Shown one piece after another: positions 9,392 to 18,884 of a stretch of 64,000 nt of DNA (position 1 is the first letter of the stretch; the number at the start of each line of letters is the position of its first letter). The notes under the pieces are model-generated. The model was not told the DNA's origin and made no database searches. It worked only from the letters and a program-made list of their open reading frames with translations. The stretch covers positions 42,941 through 106,940 of IMG/VR virus record IMGVR_UViG_3300027586_000002; one strand, written 5' to 3'. Origin of the DNA: a virus. The position numbers were made by a program, and so were the translations under genes.

Positions 9392-10924
9392 ATGCCCAAG
9401 AATAACGAAGTAGAAGTAGCAGACCAGCCATCAACGCAACAAACAAGCCAGGCCTTCGCACAGTTGGAAGCCATGGAAATATTAGCTAAAGCTCTGGCAA
9501 GGGCCCAAAGCACACCATTCAAAGACATCACCGTGGTTCGCACAGGTGATCAAATTATACTGCCTGAAGGCATGTCCTACGCCGACGCCCATGTGTGGCT
9601 GAGGAAGAAGGAAGATGCTGAGGAGAGTGTTGTAGCTGTCCATGCAGAAATCCCATGCTATCCGTTGGATGGTATGTTGGCGCTGTCTAAAGCGCTACAA
9701 AGGATATATGGGTTTACAAGTTTGGCTGGTACGCCGACTTTCTTCGGCCAGGAGTTTCCTCCTGTGATTGTGCAAGTCCCAACGGGCGTGCATACCTCTG
9801 AGCCAGCCATTTATGGACGCATCCAACCGCCAACATTAGAGGGCGGATACCTGCAGCCTGTCGTGGGAAAGGAACAGAAATTCACAATCTCTGGTCAGGT
9901 AAAACGCAAGTTCGAAAAGGACGTTGAGCGCATATTCCAGGTTACGAGAGAGATTCTCGCTAACAGCAGCATATATAAAGGCCAGGCGATCATGATAGAT
10001 CTTTCTTATCTCAATCGCCCTAATCATGAGTTTAATCCTGCCAACGATGCACCAAAGTTCATGGACCTTACAGGTGTGAGCGAAGACAAGCTCATCCTTA
10101 ACAAAGGAACAAAGTTCAGCCTCACAACAAGCATATATACATTGCTTGAGCAATCAGAAGCCTGCAAGGCTAACGGCATTACACTAAAGCATGGAGCATT
10201 GTTCATGGGCCCTTACGGCACCGGTAAAACCATGACTGCGCGGGTAATAGCACACAAAGCTACGACCAATAAGTGGACATTCATATATCTAAAGCAGCCT
10301 GATCATATTGCACACGCACTAAAATTGGCTGAGCAATATTCTCCTGCGGTGGTCTTTGCAGAGGACATTGACCAGGTCACCAATGGAGAGCGCGATGATA
10401 AGCTAAACAACATCCTTAACACATTGGACGGTATTGACACCAAAGACAAAGCGGTCATTACTATTCTTACAACCAATCATCCTGAAAAAATAAACCCAGG
10501 CATCCTTAGAGCCGGGCGCATAGACTCAGTGATACATATGGACGCGCCTGACAGTGAGGCTGCGGAAAAATTCGTTAAGGTTTATACAGACAATGGCAGG
10601 CTGTTGTCTCCTGATATTAATTTGGAGCCTATCGGTCTGGCTCTCGCTGGATTCGTGCCGGCATTTATATCTGAAGCCGTCCAGCGCGCTAAGCGCAGGG
10701 CAATTTACCGTCATGGGGCGGATATCGCAGGCAAAGTCAGCGAAGAGGATCTCTGCCTCGCCGCCGCCGAGCTAAAGAATCATATCAAGATGGTCAATCG
10801 TGTGCAGCCGGCTTCACATGCTGAAAACACACTTGCAGCTCTGAACACACTGCTGCGACCAGTTGCAAACTTGGTAAACGAAGCTGAGGATAGGCTCATA
10901 GATTCAATTGAGTCATCGAAATAA
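9392..10924 (+). CDS. AAA+ ATPase (classic clade)
   Basis: GPYGTGKT, VVFAEDID, TTNH sensor 1, LRAGRID arginine finger. Confidence 0.9.
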   Translation: MPKNNEVEVADQPSTQQTSQAFAQLEAMEILAKALARAQSTPFKDITVVRTGDQIILPEGMSYADAHVWLRKKEDAEESVVAVHAEIPCYPLDGMLALSKALQRIYGFTSLAGTPTFFGQEFPPVIVQVPTGVHTSEPAIYGRIQPPTLEGGYLQPVVGKEQKFTISGQVKRKFEKDVERIFQVTREILANSSIYKGQAIMIDLSYLNRPNHEFNPANDAPKFMDLTGVSEDKLILNKGTKFSLTTSIYTLLEQSEACKANGITLKHGALFMGPYGTGKTMTARVIAHKATTNKWTFIYLKQPDHIAHALKLAEQYSPAVVFAEDIDQVTNGERDDKLNNILNTLDGIDTKDKAVITILTTNHPEKINPGILRAGRIDSVIHMDAPDSEAAEKFVKVYTDNGRLLSPDINLEPIGLALAGFVPAFISEAVQRAKRRAIYRHGADIAGKVSEEDLCLAAAELKNHIKMVNRVQPASHAENTLAALNTLLRPVANLVNEAEDRLIDSIESSK

Positions 10925-10930
10925 CTAGAT

Positions 10931-10962
10931 TGGGTGGAGGTAGAGAAATCTGCCTCCACCCA
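10931..10962 (+). terminator. hairpin after the AAA gene
   Basis: TGGGTGGAGGTAGA-GAAA-TCTGCCTCCACCCA. Confidence 0.6.
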
Positions 10963-11011
10963 AATCATTTTACGTGTACCATTTAACATTAGCTGGTATA
11001 CTAAATTCAAT

Positions 11012-11278
11012 ATGAAAAAACCAAGAAAGTTTAAGTTTCCTATATCGATACTAAACTCCATTAATGAATGTACACAGGGATATTTCCTTGTGACTGTCAC
11101 TAGTGATCGTGAATTTGAGATTTACCAAAATCTTAATGATACAGTTGATCATATGGCAGTAATTCATTTTCTTGATGTTCATGCACAGGTGATGAAAGAC
11201 GCTGTGCTGCACCAAGCAGCTAAACAGTTTGGAAAGACCGAGGCCGGTAACAATGGAGAAAATTTAGACCGATCTTAG
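11012..11278 (+). CDS. hypothetical protein
   Basis: Start moved to the ATG downstream of the hairpin. Confidence 0.55.
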   Translation: MKKPRKFKFPISILNSINECTQGYFLVTVTSDREFEIYQNLNDTVDHMAVIHFLDVHAQVMKDAVLHQAAKQFGKTEAGNNGENLDRS

Positions 11279-11448
11279 TCTCTTAATGAGTTGGTCGATT
11301 TATGTACACAAATACATTCTTTAATGATTTGTGCTATGATCTTTGTGCTTTTATCGAGGTTTTGACCTGTATGTAATTGATCATTTCTAAATACTAACTT
11401 CTTTTTGTTTTTACCATCAAATATTTCAATGGTAATTTTAACTTTCAT
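11275..11448 (-). CDS. small hypothetical protein (57 aa, not in ORF track)
   Basis: MKVKITIEIFDGKNKKK...LRD*; ATG overlaps the upstream stop. Confidence 0.45.
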   Translation of the reverse strand: MKVKITIEIFDGKNKKKLVFRNDQLHTGQNLDKSTKIIAQIIKECICVHKSTNSLRD

Positions 11449-12338
11449 TACATCTTACGCTGAGTGAAATAGTTTATAATATTCCTATCTCCATCAGGTG
11501 TAGTAGACTTGGAAAGCTGTGTTTTTAGAAGTTCTAGATTACGTTCTGAATGTTCTTCCAACAAGCTTAAAACCTCTGCTTTAGAAAATTCTTTATTCTC
11601 TGGAACATTTCTTAGCAGCTCTTGTTCTATAGGCTCATTCTTAAGTTGGTCTTTAAAGGATTCCACACCATTCATAATATTTACAGCCATTTTCTTTCCA
11701 ACTACACCAAAGAAGTTAGCCAAAGGTGGAACAGCTCCAATTAACCAGGATAAAACAGACCCCATCAACGGCAGTAATGCTGGGAATAACACAACCAGCG
11801 CAATTAAACCTCCAATACCGATGGTTCCCATTGTCCAAGCCCATATGCGGGTTACCAATGACTTGTTTTGCTCTTGTTCATATTTTTTACCTAGCTCTAC
11901 AAGTTGATTTCTTAATGCTTCCCTTTCCTTCTCGGCAATAGCTTTTTCTTCTAGTAGCTTTTGCTCTCTGTCGAACCTAGCCAATAGCTCTTTATAATCA
12001 GCAGTCTTATCCATGACCGGCGAAGCGACCATTGCTGCCACATTAATTGGAGTAACAGGTAGACCGTGCAACCCTACGTTTTTATCTGCCGTAATTTTTG
12101 CTATTGTAACCGAGTTACTGACCACGTTATTAGTAGACACATCAGATGGTACGTTCTTTAATGCATCATACGTGGCTTTGGTAAGGGCTTTCTTTTCTTC
12201 ATCAATCTCAGTGTTTACTTCATTAAGTTTGGTAGTAACTTTATTCTCGTTCTTGCCCAATATGCCACAAGAGGTTAACCCACTTATACAAAATACAGCT
12301 AGTAACAGACATAGCAGAATATTAAATAGGTTTTTCAT
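11448..12338 (-). CDS. lipoprotein with coiled coil and distal TM segments (spanin-like topology)
   Basis: MKNLF..LLAVFCISGLTSC lipobox, coiled coil, hydrophobic WTMGTIGIGGLIALVVLFPALL segment. Confidence 0.55.
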   Translation of the reverse strand: MKNLFNILLCLLLAVFCISGLTSCGILGKNENKVTTKLNEVNTEIDEEKKALTKATYDALKNVPSDVSTNNVVSNSVTIAKITADKNVGLHGLPVTPINVAAMVASPVMDKTADYKELLARFDREQKLLEEKAIAEKEREALRNQLVELGKKYEQEQNKSLVTRIWAWTMGTIGIGGLIALVVLFPALLPLMGSVLSWLIGAVPPLANFFGVVGKKMAVNIMNGVESFKDQLKNEPIEQELLRNVPENKEFSKAEVLSLLEEHSERNLELLKTQLSKSTTPDGDRNIINYFTQRKM

Positions 12339-12606
12339 CATTATCCTCACTTTCGTTGTCATCTGGTTTATTAAAGATATCTCTAACGCTGTCCTCGTAT
12401 ATCTTATCAACAATTAACAATTCACTTACACCAGGAAGCCCGGTATAAATACCAAGTTTTTTCTTTTCGGTGGAGCACTGAACATGGGTCCATTGATGAG
12501 TAGGAGTACCAAGCATTAACAGCGCGTTAATTCGCTTCTTTGGTATCTCACCGTCACAATTTACACACTTATATTGCTTGTAATTTACTTTTCTCTTTTC
12601 ATCCAT
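12322..12606 (-). CDS. DksA/TraR-like zinc-finger protein
   Basis: CxxC.GEIP..R..AL...HVQC. Confidence 0.55.
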   Translation of the reverse strand: MDEKRKVNYKQYKCVNCDGEIPKKRINALLMLGTPTHQWTHVQCSTEKKKLGIYTGLPGVSELLIVDKIYEDSVRDIFNKPDDNESEDNDEKPI

Positions 12607-12608
12607 AC

Positions 12609-14351
12609 TTAAGCCTCAGGTGGTTTATTTTGTTGTTTGGCTCTGTCTACTCCATCCTTCTTGGCTCCACTAGTTAGCTGTTCCAAGGCGGCTTTGACTG
12701 CGCCATATAGTGTTTCATCGCTGGCCTTAACCTCTTGAAGTTTCTGTCTTCTCCCTGCTGCATCCAGAGGGAATAGCTGCTGCGCGATCTCTTGGGCCTT
12801 CTCAAGCACATCTTGAGGAGAACCACCACCACCACCACCACCACCACCACCACCGCTACCGGCGTCAGCCATTTGTTGTAGCTGTTCCTTTGTTTGCTCT
12901 TCTTGCTGTAACTCCTTAAGCGTACGGTCCTCATCAATCTTTTTACGTATTTGCTCACGATAATCGAAACCATACAAGCCGAGTAGCTCGCTTCTAGCAA
13001 TAGCGTTAGCGGATACAAGCTGACCAATAATACTTTTACGTTCCATATCATCGCTAAGAGTAACAGGCACCAAGCTAACCTTAGCGTCTGGAAGACCTTT
13101 TATTTTCGCTATGACTTCAGCAATGTGCCCCAATAGATCATTATAAATATCTATAATTGGAGCCCAAGAATTTTCAAACAATCTAAGGGCCGGCCCCGCC
13201 GCCTGAACAGTTAAACTCATGTTGTACAGCTCTTGTGGAATATTTAAGGCATTTAAAATATTAGCTCTGGCATTGTTGATAAGCTCAACTGGAGCCAGGT
13301 TTTTGGCATCGCCTCCTAATTGTTGAAAATCTAATGGGAATGGGAAAGTATGGTATGAAGCAGGATCAACACGATGTTCTTTAATCATCTGATCCACCGC
13401 AGAAGTCCACTTACCGCCGTGCTGTGTTAATATTGGGTTAGCTTGACCATTAACTTCCTTTGCCATAGATATTACTCTAAATGGAGCGATGTCTTCCATA
13501 CATATAGCTTCATTGAATCTTTCCATTACTTTCAATAGAAAGAAGTCGTCAAACATATAAATACAACGAGGAATAGACTTACCATCACTTTTAATGCCTG
13601 CAGGAGTAGGCATTTTTAAATGCACGAAGTTCTTAGTATTGAACTCCAGCATCCGCTCATTAATGATTGCGTCATATATGATCTTTGGAGTTTTCTTACT
13701 AAAGAATTTATTATCAGTTCTTATAACCTTTTCAACATAAGCTTTAGGTATGTCCCAAAAGTATTGTGAAGAACCTGTGGTTTCTTCAAATCTTATTACA
13801 ATTTCCCTTGGGTCCCAGAAAGTGAGGTTAAGTTTGTCTAAATCCTTGGAAGGTTTGTCTACTCCCTCATGTATACCAGTATAGTTACAGCTAGGACATT
13901 TATAACTAAACTTGCCTTTCTTAGAGAATTTATAATTATTAAGTTTGTCGATATTACTGTGTTTACCACACTTAGGACACACTAGGAAGCGCTCAAATCC
14001 TTGGTTAACAGATACAAACACATTGCTATAGGCTAGTAAGTTTAGCCCAGCCATTGACAGTATTTGCTTCCAATGTAGATCGTCGAAAATCTCTTTATAC
14101 TTTCGCTTAGCAGTAGAGTCATCACATTCAATTTTAAGCGAAGTTATAAAGTAGTTAGCAATACGACTTAAGGCTGCATGATAAAAACCAAACCTTAAAA
14201 GAAAATGATTAGCCCACCACAACATACCATCCGGGGAATTAAGTGGTATATACTTTTGAGCTACCCCATAGAAAGGATTGGCGTATGAATCTCGCTTACT
14301 CCCTGCTCCTGTGAAAAATCCGGACGGTCCTGGAGAATTATCTAGCGACAT
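12609..14351 (-). CDS. probable portal protein with zinc-ribbon insertion
   Basis: 580 aa; portal-like features (N.FV, WDP.EI, NILNALNIP, D..EQ..K coiled tail); CPKC/CPSC insert; poly-Gly linker. Confidence 0.55.
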   Translation of the reverse strand: MSLDNSPGPSGFFTGAGSKRDSYANPFYGVAQKYIPLNSPDGMLWWANHFLLRFGFYHAALSRIANYFITSLKIECDDSTAKRKYKEIFDDLHWKQILSMAGLNLLAYSNVFVSVNQGFERFLVCPKCGKHSNIDKLNNYKFSKKGKFSYKCPSCNYTGIHEGVDKPSKDLDKLNLTFWDPREIVIRFEETTGSSQYFWDIPKAYVEKVIRTDNKFFSKKTPKIIYDAIINERMLEFNTKNFVHLKMPTPAGIKSDGKSIPRCIYMFDDFFLLKVMERFNEAICMEDIAPFRVISMAKEVNGQANPILTQHGGKWTSAVDQMIKEHRVDPASYHTFPFPLDFQQLGGDAKNLAPVELINNARANILNALNIPQELYNMSLTVQAAGPALRLFENSWAPIIDIYNDLLGHIAEVIAKIKGLPDAKVSLVPVTLSDDMERKSIIGQLVSANAIARSELLGLYGFDYREQIRKKIDEDRTLKELQQEEQTKEQLQQMADAGSGGGGGGGGGGGSPQDVLEKAQEIAQQLFPLDAAGRRQKLQEVKASDETLYGAVKAALEQLTSGAKKDGVDRAKQQNKPPEA

Positions 14352-14514
14352 TGTTATCTCCTTCTTGGCTAATTTTTTTAGGCGTCTTCAGCTTTGATTT
14401 ATTGTCCTCGTCTGCTACTTCAAACCCCTCGTCATCAAAGTATTCTGCCTTTTTAACTGTATCAAAATCACTAAGAGATTGAGCTGTGAGCATACCGTGT
14501 TTTGTAAGAGGCAT
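14338..14514 (-). CDS. small hypothetical protein (58 aa, not in ORF track)
   Basis: MPLTKHGMLTAQS...DNNVAR*; fills the gap and overlaps the portal start. Confidence 0.55.
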   Translation of the reverse strand: MPLTKHGMLTAQSLSDFDTVKKAEYFDDEGFEVADEDNKSKLKTPKKISQEGDNNVAR

Positions 14515-14515
14515 A

Positions 14516-14791
14516 TTACTTGATAGTTTGTATAGGTGTGTGGTCCTTCAGCATACTTAATAGTGCAATTGGGGATAGAGCAACCGCTCCAGCCGCCGCG
14601 CCATAATCTTTAACTTGATCTATAATCTCTCGACTACGATCTCGTTCAGGCTCTTCATTCTTATCCTCGGCATTATCATTCTTATCCTCGGCATTATCAT
14701 TCTTATCCTCGGCATTATCATTCTTATCCTTGCCGTTGTCATTCTTACGAAGAGTGCGCTCAACGTTTTTATATGTTAGTTTATTCTTCAT
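14516..14791 (-). CDS. hypothetical protein with DKNDNAE repeats
   Basis: ORF with a 7-aa tandem repeat. Confidence 0.55.
   Translation of the reverse strand: MKNKLTYKNVERTLRKNDNGKDKNDNAEDKNDNAEDKNDNAEDKNEEPERDRSREIIDQVKDYGAAAGAVALSPIALLSMLKDHTPIQTIK
14655..14747. repeat. 21-bp tandem repeat (3 exact copies + degenerate copies)
   Basis: TCATTCTTATCCTCGGCATTA units. Confidence 0.9.
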
Positions 14792-15416
14792 TATCTTGAT
14801 GTGTATCAGGTTCTTTTACCAATACCATTAATTTATGCTTTCCATCTGTCCAAGTAAATAAAAAACCTGGGTACATTACTTTTATGTTATTGTCTTTAGT
14901 TATAAGTAAGTTCAAGCTTTCACCATTCTTTGGTATAAAAGATATACTTTCATCATCTTTAAACACTAGTATAACTGCTGTACTCTCTTCTAAGACAGCG
15001 ACAACTGTAACTTTCATTCTACCAAAATCATTTTCGAAAGTCACGTTTATAGATTTTTGAGAAAGGACAGGTAGCTGCTCTAAGTTAAATGGTTGATGCA
15101 CCGAATTATCTAAACTATACGAAGCGTTCACCAGAGTAGGCTTAACCAGCTCTAATGGTTTTGACTTCTTGTCCTGTCCTGGCTTTTTTTTAGTTATAGC
15201 TACTTGGGTAGGCAACATACTGCCTTTTGCCCCAGGAGACAGGGCCGAACGTAATACGGACTCAGCTTTTTCCTGTATCTGCTCTTTTGAGCCCACGAAT
15301 TGACCTGTGCTGTTATCTTTTCTTTTACCCATTGCGTGGTAGCTTGGTACAATATAATCGCCAATTTCTCCGTGTAGTGAGACGGCGCCAGTTTGAGGTT
15401 CATGACTTGCGTTCAT
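14781..15416 (-). CDS. hypothetical protein
   Basis: 211-aa ORF in the portal operon. Confidence 0.65.
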   Translation of the reverse strand: MNASHEPQTGAVSLHGEIGDYIVPSYHAMGKRKDNSTGQFVGSKEQIQEKAESVLRSALSPGAKGSMLPTQVAITKKKPGQDKKSKPLELVKPTLVNASYSLDNSVHQPFNLEQLPVLSQKSINVTFENDFGRMKVTVVAVLEESTAVILVFKDDESISFIPKNGESLNLLITKDNNIKVMYPGFLFTWTDGKHKLMVLVKEPDTHQDNEE

Positions 15417-15444
15417 TAGTGTCTTATGATAATCTATTTAATAG

Positions 15445-16248
15445 ATGAAAAAAATCAATTTATTGAAACGGGCCGTTAAACAGAACGGACCAACTTATAT
15501 TCTTGATGTCGAAATCATTTCGTCTGAAGGTATCACAAAGGATATATTTGTCAAGCAGAGGCGTAGAAATCTAAATAATACTTTTGATGATGTATTTGTA
15601 GCGATTGCAACTGTAGCTCAAATAGAAGATTTTGATATTGGTAGCCCAGCTGAAGATTCTACCTATTTTAGAACTTCAAGCTTAGTTTTAGTTGGAACAA
15701 ATCCCGCATTTCTAGAAGAGTTGTTTACTACTGTTTTATCAGAGGTACAACAATTAGTTGACAACGCAGAAGTTTTAGAGGAAATTAAACCAGATGGCGT
15801 TTATGAAATAACCGCCGATACAATAGACGTTAATATGGGAATAGTACATACACATTATAGAATTCCGTTAATAGCCGCACCTTGCGGTGTAAATGAGGTG
15901 TTCACAGAAAGCAATCTGCAGAAGCATAGGGTAGGAAGTCAAAATACGCTTCTTCCTGGTTGGTTAAATACAGTTAGTGGTGTTGATCCTGCCGGTACTT
16001 ATTTTAAATATAACATTGCTGTAGACATAACTCTTGGTTCTAAATGGCCAATAGCCTCAGAGTTCTTAGCTTATGCGCATATAGAGAATAATGGAAAGAC
16101 AGAACAAAATGTATTAATAAATGCCAATGGTATATTCTGGAAGAGTAATAAGTTGGGAACAGCACCGTGGCCAGTTGATTATGTTAACAGTGGGAATACA
16201 GGGATTGCAGCTAACGCTATTGTGCTAGTAATAGACTTTATAGTTTAA
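15445..16248 (+). CDS. hypothetical protein, possibly structural
   Basis: 267-aa ORF, beta-rich composition. Confidence 0.6.
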   Translation: MKKINLLKRAVKQNGPTYILDVEIISSEGITKDIFVKQRRRNLNNTFDDVFVAIATVAQIEDFDIGSPAEDSTYFRTSSLVLVGTNPAFLEELFTTVLSEVQQLVDNAEVLEEIKPDGVYEITADTIDVNMGIVHTHYRIPLIAAPCGVNEVFTESNLQKHRVGSQNTLLPGWLNTVSGVDPAGTYFKYNIAVDITLGSKWPIASEFLAYAHIENNGKTEQNVLINANGIFWKSNKLGTAPWPVDYVNSGNTGIAANAIVLVIDFIV

Positions 16249-16508
16249 TGACCCGCACAATTACAGCAAGTCACGGAATCTGGGCAGATGAGACGTCTGG
16301 AACAGCCTGGACTAGTTCCGAATCAACAACAAATATATCAACAGGCACATGGGCAATGGACGTTAACATTGAATCCCCAGAAGTTACAGAGCTTAAAACA
16401 AGAGTAGATGTTCTAGAAAAAGAGCTATTGTTTATTAAATCAAGTTTAATGGGGGATGAAGATGGTAAAAATCCAGATCTTTATTTTCGCAAAATCGATT
16501 TCAAATAA
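16248..16508 (+). CDS. hypothetical protein with short coiled coil
   Basis: Ends in RKIDFK. Confidence 0.55.
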   Translation: MTRTITASHGIWADETSGTAWTSSESTTNISTGTWAMDVNIESPEVTELKTRVDVLEKELLFIKSSLMGDEDGKNPDLYFRKIDFK

Positions 16509-16531
16509 CAAACTCCAGTTAAAACAATCAG

Positions 16532-16702
16532 ATGAAAAAGTTTGATAGACCTCATCAATCAGATGTTCGTGATTATGATAAATATCATAGTAAAAAGAAA
16601 GACCATTCTAAGAAAAATAGAGATAGTCGCTATAAAGAACATGACGATGAAAAGTTTAATACAAAAAACTGGAAACTAGAACAAGAAGATAACTGGCAAT
16701 AA
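16532..16702 (+). CDS. small charged protein (56 aa, not in ORF track)
   Basis: MKKFDRPHQSDVRDY...DNWQ*, followed by a hairpin at about 16729-16768. Confidence 0.45.
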   Translation: MKKFDRPHQSDVRDYDKYHSKKKDHSKKNRDSRYKEHDDEKFNTKNWKLEQEDNWQ

Positions 16703-17094
16703 TTAAACACACAACCAAGTTAAACGTTAACCTTCTAGCTATCGTATTGATGCTTAGAAGGTTGTTTTTGTCTATGAACCAGAAACTGGATGCTGAGTAT
16801 AAAGTTACTAAGCTTCCTAGCGAAGTTGTTGAATACTCACAAGGTTAAAAGGCTGAACAGCTGCTCAACCCGGATTGACTAAGCAGCTGTTCACCTACTT
16901 ACTCCCATCCCACTTTTGGTCGCGTGGACCAAAATTACTATTCTCAATATAATAAATAACCCAGGGAGCGTCAAGTGATAAAATATACAGTTTACAATAA
17001 AATATACAACATAATAATCTTTGTTACCAGGTATGAAGACTTGGTATTTGGATTAGTTGGGTATACAGCTTTAAAATTGAAGGACTAATTAGTT

Positions 17095-17868
17095 ATGCCA
17101 AAAACAGAAAAAACGCCGGAAAGAAGAATTGATTTAACCGAAACAGTTAGTCGCCAGACAAATAAAAAATTGGCATTAGTAAGTCACATTCTTATCATTG
17201 ATGAGAGTGGCTCAATGCAGTCTTGTGTAAAGGCAACCATTGAAGGTATTAATACTCAGATAGCTACAATAAAAGAATCTGAAGCCACAGCTAAGATAGA
17301 AAATCTTATAACTTTAGTTGTATTTAATGACCAGCATCAATTTGTAGCCAAGGGAGTTTCACCTGATGATGTGGAAACCTTGACCGCTGAGAAGTATAAG
17401 CCTACAGGCAATACGGCACTGTACGACACGATAGTCTCGGTCATTAAAAGCACAGAAGCAGACATCACCGCTGGCTCTAAAGTATTACTAAGTATTTTTA
17501 CTGATGGGATGAATAACATATGTAAGAAGTATACCGCTTCTGATGCCGCTCGAGAAATAGAACGGGTACAACAAGTTGGATGGACTGTTACCTATGTAGG
17601 TGCAAATCAAGATGTGGGTGATGTCGCTTCGTCTCTTAATATACCATTGGGTAATGCTATGTCCTATACTTCAACCAATGAAGGAGCTACGAGGGCCTTT
17701 GCTGCCTACGCCCGGAGCAGTACATCATATTGTATGGCTATTTCTGCTGACCAGCTAGACCAAACTAGAGGAGTTAGCCGAAGCTTTTTCTCAAAAGAAG
17801 CCAAAGTTAAAGATGTATCAAGTACTACATCACTTCCTGATCTGCTTAAAAAGTCAGCGATCAAATAA
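17095..17868 (+). CDS. von Willebrand factor A domain protein
   Basis: DESGSM MIDAS, P.GNTALYD, TDG..N, YVGAN. Confidence 0.85.
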   Translation: MPKTEKTPERRIDLTETVSRQTNKKLALVSHILIIDESGSMQSCVKATIEGINTQIATIKESEATAKIENLITLVVFNDQHQFVAKGVSPDDVETLTAEKYKPTGNTALYDTIVSVIKSTEADITAGSKVLLSIFTDGMNNICKKYTASDAAREIERVQQVGWTVTYVGANQDVGDVASSLNIPLGNAMSYTSTNEGATRAFAAYARSSTSYCMAISADQLDQTRGVSRSFFSKEAKVKDVSSTTSLPDLLKKSAIK

Positions 17869-17906
17869 GGCTTGATTTTAGCCTATATTTTAGGTTAAAT
17901 AGTTAT

Positions 17907-18125
17907 ATGAATAAAGACGCGATCGTAAATGGATTTGTTAAAAGAGCAGCTGAACGCTGTGATGGTTTTCAGTTTAAACATGAGACCGCTGCCGAAATTA
18001 TAAAGCAAGCTGGCTGGTGGGATAAGATGTCTAACCAAGGCTGTGTTACCAACAAGGTAGACAAGAAATCTAATCGCAAACCTTTCAAGAACAGTTACTA
18101 CGACAGCGCTAACAAGAATCTATAA
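17907..18125 (+). CDS. small protein with the GFxKRA leader
   Basis: MNKDAIVNGFVKRAA matches the leader of the 43.6-55.3 kb array. Confidence 0.65.
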   Translation: MNKDAIVNGFVKRAAERCDGFQFKHETAAEIIKQAGWWDKMSNQGCVTNKVDKKSNRKPFKNSYYDSANKNL

Positions 18126-18165
18126 TTATTGATTGGCTAATATTAATCAAAGGTTATAGTCCAAC

Positions 18166-18258
18166 ATGAAGTATACATTAAATAAACAATCCCGCCGCCC
18201 AGCCAAATGGGCAGGGCTGGGTTTTGATGTATCAGGTAGAAATTCAGCACCTATGTAA
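18166..18258 (+). CDS. putative 30-aa attenuator leader peptide
   Basis: MKYTLNKQSRRPAKWAGLGFDVSGRNSAPM*; ATG 5 nt after a TATAGT -10 box. Confidence 0.5.
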   Translation: MKYTLNKQSRRPAKWAGLGFDVSGRNSAPM

Positions 18259-18285
18259 AGCAGGATTAAATATAACTAAAAATTT

Positions 18286-18315
18286 AACCCTGCTGGAAAC
18301 CTCCAGCGGGGTTTT
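18286..18315 (+). terminator. intrinsic terminator of a candidate attenuator
   Basis: AACCCTGCTGGA-AACC-TCCAGCGGGGTT + T-rich tail; competing strand AGCAGGATT at 18259-18267. Confidence 0.65.
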
Positions 18316-18429
18316 GGATTTTAGGAGGAGCTTAATTTCCTCATACTGCTTTCATTAAATTTAGTTTGAATCAAATAACTTTAATTATATTTATATAGTT
18401 AAAATCAACACATTAATCAAGGTTCAACC

Positions 18430-18502
18430 GCGCCATTAGCTCAGTTGGTAGAGCGTCAGTTTTCCAAACTGATTGTCGTGAGTTCAAATCTCACATGGCG
18501 CT
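18430..18502 (+). tRNA. tRNA-Gly(TCC)
   Basis: Cloverleaf; GCGCCAT/ATGGCGC acceptor; TCAGT-TTTCCAA-ACTGA. Confidence 0.92.
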
Positions 18503-18509
18503 CCCTTTT

Positions 18510-18845
18510 ATGCAATCAATACATGACCTATCAGAAACTCAGTTAGAAGCAATTAATGCCTCATTTGATATTATAATCAATGTGGGTGTTAATAGGCTAC
18601 ATGATCTCAGTCCAAAAATGTCTGAAACAAATCGAGAACAAATGGAAGCTGTTAATGTTGATGTGACCAAAGTTATTACCAAGGTCGAGAAAACACTTTC
18701 GGATGGTGGCAATCTAGGTAAAACTTCAATAGAAGATATTCTAAAGATCATTACCCTGGCTATTACTATTCTTGGAATAGCGCTGGGCGAAAATGATGAT
18801 GACGTTGTAAAACTACGTAAGTTAAACAAAGAAATTAACGGATAA
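18510..18845 (+). CDS. hypothetical protein
   Basis: Start moved out of the tRNA to the next in-frame ATG. Confidence 0.55.
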   Translation: MQSIHDLSETQLEAINASFDIIINVGVNRLHDLSPKMSETNREQMEAVNVDVTKVITKVEKTLSDGGNLGKTSIEDILKIITLAITILGIALGENDDDVVKLRKLNKEING

Positions 18846-18884
18846 CTAGGCGTACCAGTTTGACTCCGCCTGCCCCAACCTTTT

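Noticed and set aside
12674-13051. Poly-Val ORF inside the portal gene
   Set aside because: Alternative-frame reading of the poly-Gly (CCA)n tract.
14655-14747. Repeat array resembling CRISPR
   Set aside because: Contiguous 21-bp in-frame tandem units with no spacers; a coding minisatellite.
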